Origin: Candidatus Heimdallarchaeota archaeon | GTDB lineage: Archaea; Asgardarchaeota; Heimdallarchaeia; Heimdallarchaeales; Heimdallarchaeaceae | Assembly: GCA_016839945.1 (NCBI GenBank) | Contig: JAEOTE010000033.1 | Location: 1 to 46,766, forward strand | Length of the DNA stretch: 46,766 nt | Reading direction: 5' to 3' | In this document: positions 27,950 through 36,656 of the stretch, in pieces | How positions within the stretch are numbered: position 1 is the stretch's first letter | Layout of the letters: each line of letters opens with the position of its first letter | The notes under the pieces: generated by a model | Seen by the model: only the letters and a program-made list of their open reading frames with translations | Database searches by the model: none | Told to the model about the DNA's origin: nothing | Translations under genes and position numbers: made by a program

Positions 27950-28963
27950 ATGAAAATAAGAATAGGAATAAATGGATTTGGAAGAATAGGACGAGGAATT
28001 TTTCACGCAGGATTTAACAATGAGAATCTTGAATTTGTGGGCATTAATGACATCACTGACGCTAAAACTCTAGCACATATGTTAAAGTATGATAGCGTGC
28101 ATGGACGATTTTCACAGGATGTAGAGTACACAGAGAATTCTCTAATCATTAATGGAAAGGAGATACCAATTTCCAAGGAGAGAGATCCAGCAGATATACC
28201 ATGGGATAAATGGGAAGTTGATTTAGTTTTTGAATGTGTAGGAATATTTAGAACTTATGAGTTAGCTTCAAAACATCTAAAGGGAGGAGTTAAAGGAGTC
28301 TTACTCTCTGCACCAGATAAAGGAAAAGTCACTCCAATTCCAACATTTGTTATGGGAGTTAACGAAGAATCTTATGAACCTGAACAACATAAAGTAATTT
28401 CTAATGCAAGCTGCACCACTAACTGTTATGCTCCAGTTACAAAAGTTATCGATGATAATTTTGGGATAGAATCAGGTTATATGACAACCGTTCATTCTTA
28501 TACAACAGATCAAAAAATCCTTGACTTACCTCACAGTGATTTAAGACGTGCAAGAGCTGCAGCTTTGTCAATGATACCAACATCAACAGGAGCTGCTACT
28601 GCTGTAGGAAAAGTCCTTCCCCATTTGGAAGGAAAACTACAAGCAATTTCAATAAGAGTACCCACACCTAATGTTTCATTAATAGATTCTATTTACAGTT
28701 TAGAAAAAGAAGTCACAAAAGAGGAAGTGAATAATGCATTTATTGATGCGTCTAAAACCAAATTAAAAGGCATACTAGACGTATCTAAAGAGCCACTAGT
28801 TTCATATGATTATAATGGAAATCCATATTCTGCAACCGTTGATTTACCTTTGACTATGTCTTATAAGAATCAAATTAAGATTGTTGCATGGTATGATAAT
28901 GAGACAGGTTATTCACACAGAATGATTGATTTAGCAAAATATGTAATGAGTAAAGTAAGTTAA
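27950..28963 (+). CDS. gap: Glyceraldehyde-3-phosphate dehydrogenase, type I (bacterial/eukaryotic class)
   Basis: GINGFGRIGR, YDSVHGRF, SNASCTTNC, MTTVHSYT, DLRRARAA, IPTSTGAA, AWYDNE. ATG 27950 is preceded by GTGA (ORF track gives GTG 27941). Confidence 0.96.
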   Translation: MKIRIGINGFGRIGRGIFHAGFNNENLEFVGINDITDAKTLAHMLKYDSVHGRFSQDVEYTENSLIINGKEIPISKERDPADIPWDKWEVDLVFECVGIFRTYELASKHLKGGVKGVLLSAPDKGKVTPIPTFVMGVNEESYEPEQHKVISNASCTTNCYAPVTKVIDDNFGIESGYMTTVHSYTTDQKILDLPHSDLRRARAAALSMIPTSTGAATAVGKVLPHLEGKLQAISIRVPTPNVSLIDSIYSLEKEVTKEEVNNAFIDASKTKLKGILDVSKEPLVSYDYNGNPYSATVDLPLTMSYKNQIKIVAWYDNETGYSHRMIDLAKYVMSKVS

Positions 28964-28965
28964 TC

Positions 28966-29331
28966 TCACTCCTCTTTTACACTTTTTATTAATCCTACAA
29001 ACGCCTTATATAGACACTCAGGACATCCTTGTGCATTTGGATCCATAAAAAGTAACACTTCTCTTGTTTTTTCATAAAATTCTCTTTGTATTAGCGTGTC
29101 GTTTATTTTTACTACCATTTGCTTTGTAGGGCAAAATATGTTTTCATCACTATTTGTGGTTACAGCATTTAGACAAAATAATGGATTCTTGAATTCCTCT
29201 AAATCTGCAACAAAAAGTTCTTCAGGATCATAGAAAGATATAAGCAATATTTGTTCAAACTCATCCTCCAATATACAGTATGTTACATTCTCCATTTCTC
29301 TATACATTGGACACGGTTGCATGATCCACAA
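28966..29331 (-). CDS. Small Cys-rich hypothetical protein
   Basis: 121 aa with six Cys, including two CP motifs and a terminal GCPEC. Convergent with gap. ATG at 29322 is an alternative start. Confidence 0.6.
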   Translation of the reverse strand: MWIMQPCPMYREMENVTYCILEDEFEQILLISFYDPEELFVADLEEFKNPLFCLNAVTTNSDENIFCPTKQMVVKINDTLIQREFYEKTREVLLFMDPNAQGCPECLYKAFVGLIKSVKEE

Positions 29332-29391
29332 ATACTTCGCCCTATAATATATAAGAATCTACTACATAAAAATTTTACAATACTTCTCAAT

Positions 29392-29407
29392 CAAAAAAAG
29401 AAAAAAA
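29392..29407 (-). terminator. Oligo-T terminator of the 29432-36467 operon
   Basis: Plus-strand caaaaaaagaaaaaaa reads as a T-tract on the minus strand about 25 bp after the stop codon. Confidence 0.4.
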
Positions 29408-29431
29408 CAGAGGGTTGGGTTTTTCAATTCT

Positions 29432-32400
29432 TTAACCAGCTCTCATAGGAGCTCTACTTCTAAATTCATAGTAGATTTTGGTTATTTCTCTTACCATTTC
29501 CTCATTGAATGTAACTATTAGTACAGGTTCTCCGCTAGGAGCTTTATGTCCAAGAAAACCTTCTTCAATTCCATCTCTTGTTCCTAACATTACTGTTAAT
29601 TGTGGATCGTCCTTTACTGTAACATTTCCCATACTTAGCAGTTTATTTAACACAGCTTTATCTGCATCAGAATGAGATCCAGTATTAGTAACTATTTCCA
29701 GTTTTCTACCAAACTCATCAAGAAAGTCTGCATCTATCCAGTGTAATAAGGGAGATATGACAGTCGCTGAAGATTTAGTATGTCTTAATAATGACATCAT
29801 TGCTCCATAAACCTGTTCATTACCTGAAATTAACCAAATGTCTTCGATAGGGCTTGGTTCAATTCCTTTTCCTAGAGACAGAACATTCTTGAGTAATTTC
29901 ATTGATTCTCCTGTTGCCGCTAAAACCACATCAATCTTACTTGGGATAGCATTTAATATTCCTGTGATGTTTGCATCGACGTTTTCTATGTCGTTTTGTG
30001 TTCCTTTAATGATTTCTTCCTTGAAGGCCATTATTTGTGAGTTGTATTGTTCTCTTTGAGTGTCTGCTATTTGTGAATCTTGCAAAGCTTTATCCAATTT
30101 CTCTTTTAGAGAATTCAAAAATGAGCTAAACAGATCATCAATAGCTTTTTCTAGATTCTTAAGATCAGTTCCTATAGTTTCATTACCAGAAGTTATAGCT
30201 TCTGTAAGAGTGTCCCTTGTTCCTTGAATGCTTGTTACTAGTGCTGAAGAATTTGCATCTGAATTTGTAATAAAACTGTTAATCTGATGTGTAATGTTCA
30301 GTTCATAATCGTTCTTCTCCTTCTCAAACTCTTCTTGAATTGAAGTTACATTATTACTAAATTCAGTGGCCATTTGTTCATGTGTGTTTTCTAAATCCTT
30401 ATGGACACCAGCATACATGTTGTCTATTTCGCTTTGAGTTTTCTCTTGAAATTCCTTAATAGAAGTTGTAAGTTTATTACCAAAAGCTTTGGAATCAGTA
30501 TTAACCCACTTTGGATAATCTTTGGATAATTTCTGTAATTCTCCTTTTGTTTGAGTTATAGCTTCATCCAACAGTGAGGATTTTTCAGGAGATACAGTTA
30601 ATTCTGCCATTAATCCTTCAGTACTTTCCAAAAATTGTTGAACTTCTTGTTCAATTAAGCTGTCAATTTCATTTTCTACTGCTGCTGTTTGAGTACTATA
30701 ATTTGCTGCAGCTTCATCCAAAGTAACTGAAACATCAGTATCAAGTGCATTTTTTGCGGAATCAAATTCACCTTGTAATGATTCCATTGTTCCATCCATC
30801 GATGAAATAACACTTTTCACTAATTTTGAATGTTCATCAATATTTGTTTTAAGAGTATCTTGAAGGTTGGTCATAACATCTTTATTATTGTTAGTCATCA
30901 AGGACAATATTTCTTCTTTTGAAGCTTGTAATGCAGCTAAGCCTTCTTCAATATGCAAGTGCATACTTGTTTTTTCTCCCTCTTCTAAATCTTCCCCTGC
31001 AGTTTCAGGGGCACTTATTAGACCTTCTAAGGAGTTTTTGATTGAATTTGTAACACCAGAAAATGCTTCAGATTCTGTTCCAACGACATCTTTTAGTTTT
31101 TTAGTACTTGTGTTTTGAATTTCATTAAATTGTTCTTCATAGGTTCCATATGTATCTACAATTGTATTCTTCATTTCGTTTAATGAAGTTGCAAATTGAT
31201 TACTTATTTCCTTCCTGGAGCCTTCTAATGTTTGACTCATTGATTGAAGAGTTCTATCTTTAAACTGTACCAAATCATCTAATCTCGAATTTATTTTCTC
31301 AAAAATATCAGTAGATAAGTTAGTCATAGAGCTTGAAAAAGTATTTATCATTTCTTCAATTTTCGATCCGACATTTTCTTTAATCAGTTGAATGTCTCTA
31401 TACATACTACCTATCTGATTCGCCATTCTAGGACCTTCATCCTTGCCAAAAACTCTCTGAAGCTGTTTAGTATCTAATCCCTGGAAAGAACTGTTTATTT
31501 CTTCCATTGTTGCTATAGCTGATTTGAATTGATCCTCAAGCTCCTTCAATCTTTCAAGACTTGCTTGATAGTTAATTTGAACAAGATTTGGAACTTGATC
31601 TCTGATATCTCGTCCTTTTTTTGAGAAATCATCAGTGAATACTTCTACATCATTCCTAAATTGTTCTTCTTTCTCGCTTACTAGGCTTTTGATGGATTCA
31701 TCATTGGTTTTTACATTATCTTCAATGTTTTTAATTACAGAACTTTTCAGCTCTTTCAAATGAGAAGTAAAACCTGTATTATATTCATCATTGGTTGTAG
31801 TGAATTGATTTATTCTGTTTTCTAGAGACTTTTGATATTTGTTAGTTTTTTTAGTTAAATCGCTTATAATGACATTTGTAGATTCTTCAAAAGCTGCCAT
31901 TATCTCTGAGATAAACAATTTAATTTGGTCACTCACTTTTTCAATAGAAGAAGACAAACTCTCTTCGAATAAATTAAATCCATTATCTATTCCTTTCTTA
32001 AGTAAAGCTAAAAGATTATCACTATTCTTCTTAAAATCACTAAGATAAGTAGTCAAATCTTTTCCAAGATTGATTTTCATTTCTTCTGTTTTTGCTTCAG
32101 TTTGGGTTATTAATTCTCCCAATTTCTCAACAGAATCAACCTTGGTTTTATTGAGTAGCTCAACAAACTGGTTTTCATTATTCTTTAGAATATTAACTGC
32201 TGTTTCCTTGGATTTATCTATGGATGTTCTAATTCTGTTTGTTGTTGCTTCTTCCAATTTCTTTAATTCTTCATTAAGGGATGTTAGAATCTGTTTTACT
32301 TTCTCTTGGTATTCATCTAATTTAGTATTATAGTTTTCAACTATTTTGTTCACAGTACCTGATAATTTCTTAGATGAATCATGTGATATTGTATTGGCAT

Positions 32401-33226
32401 CAGAAGATAATTTAACAACAGAATCATTTGTTATTTTATCTATAGTATTTTTTCTAGCTTCTGCAGCTTCTAAGAATTGTTGGCTTTGAATTGATAAACT
32501 CTCTTTTATGCCTTCCACTTTTTCCAAAACTGCATTAAGCTGAATATCTGTTCTATTATTGTGTTCTGCTTGTAGAGAACCTAATGTTTCCTCAATTTTA
32601 ATCTTGAAGTTTTCATGATGCTCTCCAATTTTATGAATTGTTGTATCAAAGGATGAAAGTACATTTTCTTTTACTCTCTGAGCAGCTTTAGCGATTACAT
32701 CACTATTTGATTCTGCCAGTGTTGAAGTTTCAGTATTTACTTTTCCTACAATTTCAGATACTTCTTTTTTACTTGAAGAAATAACTTCTGCTAAAGAGTC
32801 TAAAAATTGTTTGGATGTACTAGTTACATCTGCAGCATGACTATCTGCATTTTGAGTGATAGTATCATGAAAAGAAGCTAATTGGGATCTTAAATTTTGC
32901 ATAGTTTTGTTCCAATCAGCTTTAACATCATCACTCAAAGCTTTCAATTCATTTTCTAAACGTTGTGATACATCTTCAGTTAGTTTAATTTGTGGAGGTA
33001 AGGGGATGAAATAGGGAGTTCCTTCTTCATTCTTTGCTTTAATTTCTTTGACATATCCTTTACCTACTAACTTGTTAAGAGCACCCCTTATTGAATCAAC
33101 AGGTTGTTTGTAATATGATTGTATTTGACCCATTGTTCTAGAGCCAAACTGAACAATTGTTGCATAAACCTGTATTTCATCTTCGGTTAAACCAATTTTT
33201 TCTAATGTTCCTTCCATTTTAATCAC
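29432..33226 (-). CDS. TrmB-like protein: N-terminal wHTH, ~1040-aa helical/coiled-coil insert, C-terminal PLD-fold (TrmB effector-like) domain
   Basis: N-terminus LEKIGLTEDEIQVY...ALNKLVGKGYV...YFIPLPP matches the TrmB HTH. C-terminus IWLISGNEQV...TKSSATVISP...MLGTRDGIEEGFL matches the TrmB C-domain pattern. The middle is amphipathic helix. Confidence 0.75.
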   Translation of the reverse strand: MIKMEGTLEKIGLTEDEIQVYATIVQFGSRTMGQIQSYYKQPVDSIRGALNKLVGKGYVKEIKAKNEEGTPYFIPLPPQIKLTEDVSQRLENELKALSDDVKADWNKTMQNLRSQLASFHDTITQNADSHAADVTSTSKQFLDSLAEVISSSKKEVSEIVGKVNTETSTLAESNSDVIAKAAQRVKENVLSSFDTTIHKIGEHHENFKIKIEETLGSLQAEHNNRTDIQLNAVLEKVEGIKESLSIQSQQFLEAAEARKNTIDKITNDSVVKLSSDANTISHDSSKKLSGTVNKIVENYNTKLDEYQEKVKQILTSLNEELKKLEEATTNRIRTSIDKSKETAVNILKNNENQFVELLNKTKVDSVEKLGELITQTEAKTEEMKINLGKDLTTYLSDFKKNSDNLLALLKKGIDNGFNLFEESLSSSIEKVSDQIKLFISEIMAAFEESTNVIISDLTKKTNKYQKSLENRINQFTTTNDEYNTGFTSHLKELKSSVIKNIEDNVKTNDESIKSLVSEKEEQFRNDVEVFTDDFSKKGRDIRDQVPNLVQINYQASLERLKELEDQFKSAIATMEEINSSFQGLDTKQLQRVFGKDEGPRMANQIGSMYRDIQLIKENVGSKIEEMINTFSSSMTNLSTDIFEKINSRLDDLVQFKDRTLQSMSQTLEGSRKEISNQFATSLNEMKNTIVDTYGTYEEQFNEIQNTSTKKLKDVVGTESEAFSGVTNSIKNSLEGLISAPETAGEDLEEGEKTSMHLHIEEGLAALQASKEEILSLMTNNNKDVMTNLQDTLKTNIDEHSKLVKSVISSMDGTMESLQGEFDSAKNALDTDVSVTLDEAAANYSTQTAAVENEIDSLIEQEVQQFLESTEGLMAELTVSPEKSSLLDEAITQTKGELQKLSKDYPKWVNTDSKAFGNKLTTSIKEFQEKTQSEIDNMYAGVHKDLENTHEQMATEFSNNVTSIQEEFEKEKNDYELNITHQINSFITNSDANSSALVTSIQGTRDTLTEAITSGNETIGTDLKNLEKAIDDLFSSFLNSLKEKLDKALQDSQIADTQREQYNSQIMAFKEEIIKGTQNDIENVDANITGILNAIPSKIDVVLAATGESMKLLKNVLSLGKGIEPSPIEDIWLISGNEQVYGAMMSLLRHTKSSATVISPLLHWIDADFLDEFGRKLEIVTNTGSHSDADKAVLNKLLSMGNVTVKDDPQLTVMLGTRDGIEEGFLGHKAPSGEPVLIVTFNEEMVREITKIYYEFRSRAPMRAG

Positions 33227-34680
33227 TAATCATATAATTCGTTTTTAATAGATTCTATATTTCTTTCTAATTTTTCTAATCTACTTATTATGTCCTTACG
33301 TATTTTTTCTGATTGTTCTGCAAGTCTAAATTGTTCTTTTGCTTCTGCTTCTAAGTCAGAAATAGTGGTTTCTTGTGTGCTTGCTATCTGACCTTTAGCT
33401 GTGGAAGCAAGTGTTGAAATTTCTGCAGTACTATCTTTTTGAACTGATTCTACTCTGGCTTTAATTTGATTGCTTGTTCTTTCTATAGATGATAGTAATT
33501 CTTGAGCTTCTGCTTCTAATTCAGAAACATTTTTCTCTAAAGTTGAAGTAGATTGTTTTTCCAAAGAGGAAACTTGATTTGTAAATTTATTCATCATATC
33601 TGACATATTAGTTGATAATTCATCTTGTTCTTTAGCCAAAATTGTTTTTGATTCGTCCTTTACAGCATCTGATTGACTTGAGAATGAATTCAATATGTCA
33701 TCTACATCTTTTCCAAATTTGTTTTCGAAACCATTTAGGTCTGTTTTGTACTCCTCAAGTTGTTTGCTTGTTAGAGCTTCATAAGCTTCTATCATTGATT
33801 GTTTTGAAGTATTAAAATTAGTCATAGCTACTTCGTTAACATCAATCATACCTTTTTCATATTCAGCTAGTACTGTTTGTATCTTTGCTATTTCGTCAAC
33901 AAGATACTTATCCATTGTATCTGAAACACCTGAAAGCTCTGTTTGAATTCTTTGAACAGCATTAGTAACAAGCTGTCCTAGTTCATTTTTAATTCTGTTA
34001 AAACTTTCAAAGATAGATTCCATGTTTTCTGTGAGTTTGTCACCATACTCCGCTCGAAGATGTTCTATTGATTCTAACATAATATTTTCAGTTATGTTGA
34101 TATTACCCTCGAGCTCCTTTTTCATGTCATCAATGTTTTTGGAAAATGAAGAAATTTTATTTTCCTTTATCTCTCCAACATTAGATTTGACACTAGTTAT
34201 ATTTTTCCTGAATGTGTTTACTTGATCATTAGCAAGACGTTCAATATCTAGATTGTGAGAACTTAAAATTGAAGCTATATTTTCTTCAAAGGTTGAAGAG
34301 TAATTATCAAATTTTGTTTTATAATCAGTTAATAACGAGACTATTGATTCTTTAAGATTTGAAATACTCTCTGTTGTTTTGTTGAATTCTACTTGAACAG
34401 ACTCATTTTGTGAACTTGTCCATTCCTCTATTAGATTCACATCTTCTGAAGTATTTTTGTTAATGATATTATCTAACGTTGTTTTATTTTCTTCAATTAA
34501 ATTTCTAAGGTTCTCATTTAATGTAATAAACTTATTTTGTATTAGTGTTGAAAGTGTTTGATAATATTGTTGTAATTCTTGTAGATTCTCTAAAGATTCC
34601 TTGAAAGAAGTTATCTCACTCTCAAAATTTTCAATTTCTTTTCTTATCTTTTCTAAATCTTTTGTTACTCTCTCTGACAT
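33226..34680 (-). CDS. All-helical coiled-coil/apolipoprotein-like rod protein (484 aa)
   Basis: No Pro, no Cys, no TM segment, continuous amphipathic pattern. Preceded by SD AGGTGAGG. Its TAG stop overlaps the next GTG start. Confidence 0.75.
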   Translation of the reverse strand: MSERVTKDLEKIRKEIENFESEITSFKESLENLQELQQYYQTLSTLIQNKFITLNENLRNLIEENKTTLDNIINKNTSEDVNLIEEWTSSQNESVQVEFNKTTESISNLKESIVSLLTDYKTKFDNYSSTFEENIASILSSHNLDIERLANDQVNTFRKNITSVKSNVGEIKENKISSFSKNIDDMKKELEGNINITENIMLESIEHLRAEYGDKLTENMESIFESFNRIKNELGQLVTNAVQRIQTELSGVSDTMDKYLVDEIAKIQTVLAEYEKGMIDVNEVAMTNFNTSKQSMIEAYEALTSKQLEEYKTDLNGFENKFGKDVDDILNSFSSQSDAVKDESKTILAKEQDELSTNMSDMMNKFTNQVSSLEKQSTSTLEKNVSELEAEAQELLSSIERTSNQIKARVESVQKDSTAEISTLASTAKGQIASTQETTISDLEAEAKEQFRLAEQSEKIRKDIISRLEKLERNIESIKNELYD

Positions 34681-34688
34681 TTCCTCAC

Positions 34689-36455
34689 CTATATTTCTTC
34701 TAATTCTTTTTCTATATTCTCCATAGATACATCCTCAACCTCTGGTGGTTCAGGAGCTATTTCTTCAATTATTACCTCTTTTTCTTTTTCATATTTCATT
34801 GAGTTGAAGTAATTATGATGAATACTCTCTGCATCATACAGACTTATTGCTTTTTTGCGTATTCTTTCAAAATTGCTCTTATCCCCTACATTCGTATAAC
34901 AATCTAAACACCATTTGAGATAACCTCTAACTGCATACTCACTTTTTTCTACAGGGAGAGATGCAGCTAATTTCTCAAATTGGTCAGCTGCTCGTGTAAA
35001 GGATCTTTTAGCTTTCAATTCTTCTTCTACTGCGTCATAATACGAAGCAGATTTTAAATAAAGACGAGCTGCGAAATAATAGTTTTTCTCTTCAAATTCT
35101 CGAGCAATTTTTTCGCAAAATCCTCCTGCTTGTTCTAGTTCATTTATATGTTCAAACTGTTCAGCATTAATAATGGAAAAATCATAAGCTCTTTGAAACA
35201 TTTCTTTTTGTATGCATAAATTAGCAACTGCTTGTATTTTTGAAGCTACTGCAAAATATGAAAGTCTGTCTCTAATTTTGAAAGCTAATTGTTTTGCAGC
35301 TTCTATGAATTTAGTTGAAGGTGCAATATTGTTTTCTAGATTCTCCAATGTTGAATCTAATTTTACCATAAGTGTTGTTAAAGGACCAAACAACTTTAAT
35401 CTAAATTTAAGTGTTGATAATAATGATTCTTGAACTAAGCGTGCATTGTTTTCTCCTAACCATAGAAAGCCTTTTTCTTCTAGAAGCTTTAAAGTAGCTA
35501 AATTCACATAGGCAGTCAATTGTTCGATTGGAAAGAGATTTTCATTATATGAAGCCATTTCATAAAGAGCTTCTTCTTCTTCATCAGTCAAATCAAACAA
35601 AGATTTTAGATCTCTTTCAACAAAATTATCTAATCCCAAATCTGAGTTAATAAATGAGACACCCAGATTTAAATCAAAAAATGTTCTTTGACTATTTGTC
35701 ACTAAATCCAATACACCTTTGTTTAATAATTGAGGAGCTACCCTACGAAGATAAATTTCAGTTTCTGATACTGTTAAGGGTTCAACTCTAAGTATATTAG
35801 AATAAGTAGTTAGGTATTTTTCATAATCGAAATCAAAAAGATATTCCTCATTGAAAGCAAATACGACGAACATGTTATATCCTCTTTGATTTAATTCTTT
35901 GATAATAGAAGCAAAGATTGGGTAGAATTCATGGTAGTCAATAAATTTGAAATAATGAAGATTATCAAAGAAAAAGTATAATGTTGTATCAGTCTCTTGC
36001 AATTTCTGATTGATTTTGTCCAGATTTTCAAGGAAACGATTCACATAATATTCTGTATATGATTGACCTGAAGGCAATTTCACTTGCTCTTTTAATATTG
36101 GAAGATCATCTCCTAGTTTCTTTTTTCCAACTTTTTCAAGTAAGGATCTCCATTCAGGAGAACTATCATCGATGGCATTCTTCCATTCTTGAAAGAATTT
36201 TGCGAGTGAATCTTCTTCTGGTATTATATTCATAATCTGTGCTACGTCTTTTCTTCCAGTTACTGTTGTTGACAACTTCTGTAGCAATGAGCTTTTTCCT
36301 GTTCCTTCATCGCCAACAATTAAAATTGAGCCAATTTGAGTTTCTCCCCTCTTCTTTTTATCTACTAGGTCACTGAAAGTTTTTATGTGATCTCTTAATC
36401 CATAAAAATCATGAGGTTGACATGGTTGGAATAGCTTATTTATATCTAGACTCAT
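34689..36455 (-). CDS. STAND/AAA_16-like P-loop NTPase with wHTH and C-terminal SNAP/TPR-like helical repeats
   Basis: FYGLRDHI pre-P-loop, Walker A GDEGTGKS, Walker B FFFDNLH, LRVEPLT..ET..YL, wHTH-like LKLLEEKGFL, and C-terminal AARLYLKSASYY / FTRAADQFEK repeats. Likely ATG 36455 after SD GTGAGGA (ORF track gives 36467). Confidence 0.75.
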   Translation of the reverse strand: MSLDINKLFQPCQPHDFYGLRDHIKTFSDLVDKKKRGETQIGSILIVGDEGTGKSSLLQKLSTTVTGRKDVAQIMNIIPEEDSLAKFFQEWKNAIDDSSPEWRSLLEKVGKKKLGDDLPILKEQVKLPSGQSYTEYYVNRFLENLDKINQKLQETDTTLYFFFDNLHYFKFIDYHEFYPIFASIIKELNQRGYNMFVVFAFNEEYLFDFDYEKYLTTYSNILRVEPLTVSETEIYLRRVAPQLLNKGVLDLVTNSQRTFFDLNLGVSFINSDLGLDNFVERDLKSLFDLTDEEEEALYEMASYNENLFPIEQLTAYVNLATLKLLEEKGFLWLGENNARLVQESLLSTLKFRLKLFGPLTTLMVKLDSTLENLENNIAPSTKFIEAAKQLAFKIRDRLSYFAVASKIQAVANLCIQKEMFQRAYDFSIINAEQFEHINELEQAGGFCEKIAREFEEKNYYFAARLYLKSASYYDAVEEELKAKRSFTRAADQFEKLAASLPVEKSEYAVRGYLKWCLDCYTNVGDKSNFERIRKKAISLYDAESIHHNYFNSMKYEKEKEVIIEEIAPEPPEVEDVSMENIEKELEEI

Positions 36456-36656
36456 TATAATCCTCACACAATACTAATTCTGTAATTGGTTTTTTCCCCT
36501 TATAAAAGATACGAATGTTTATTTTTGATAAAATTATCTATAATGCTCAAAATCAAAAATAGCATTTTTTTAGTAATCTCGAATGTCGAAAAAGATAAAA
36601 GGATTTAAACTAAGAAATTTATTAACTCAAATGCAGAGGTGTATGAATGACAATAG

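Noticed and set aside
29432-29870. Active phospholipase D or nuclease in the C-terminal domain
   Set aside because: No HxKxxxxD motif is visible, which fits the inactive PLD-like fold of TrmB.
33230-33300. MIM1-like motif (DIISRLEKL) at the C-terminus of the 484-aa rod
   Set aside because: The pattern is expected by chance in any heptad coil and is not at the very terminus.
29432-34680. SMC/Rad50 or Wadjet/Lamassu-type annotation for the long coiled-coil proteins
   Set aside because: Neither protein has a Walker A, ABC signature, Walker B or CxxC zinc hook. The termini are TrmB-like.
34689-36467. NSF/Cdc48/Vps4-type classical AAA ATPase
   Set aside because: No GPPGxGKT, no DEID Walker B and no second region of homology. 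The layout fits STAND/AAA_16-like NTPases.
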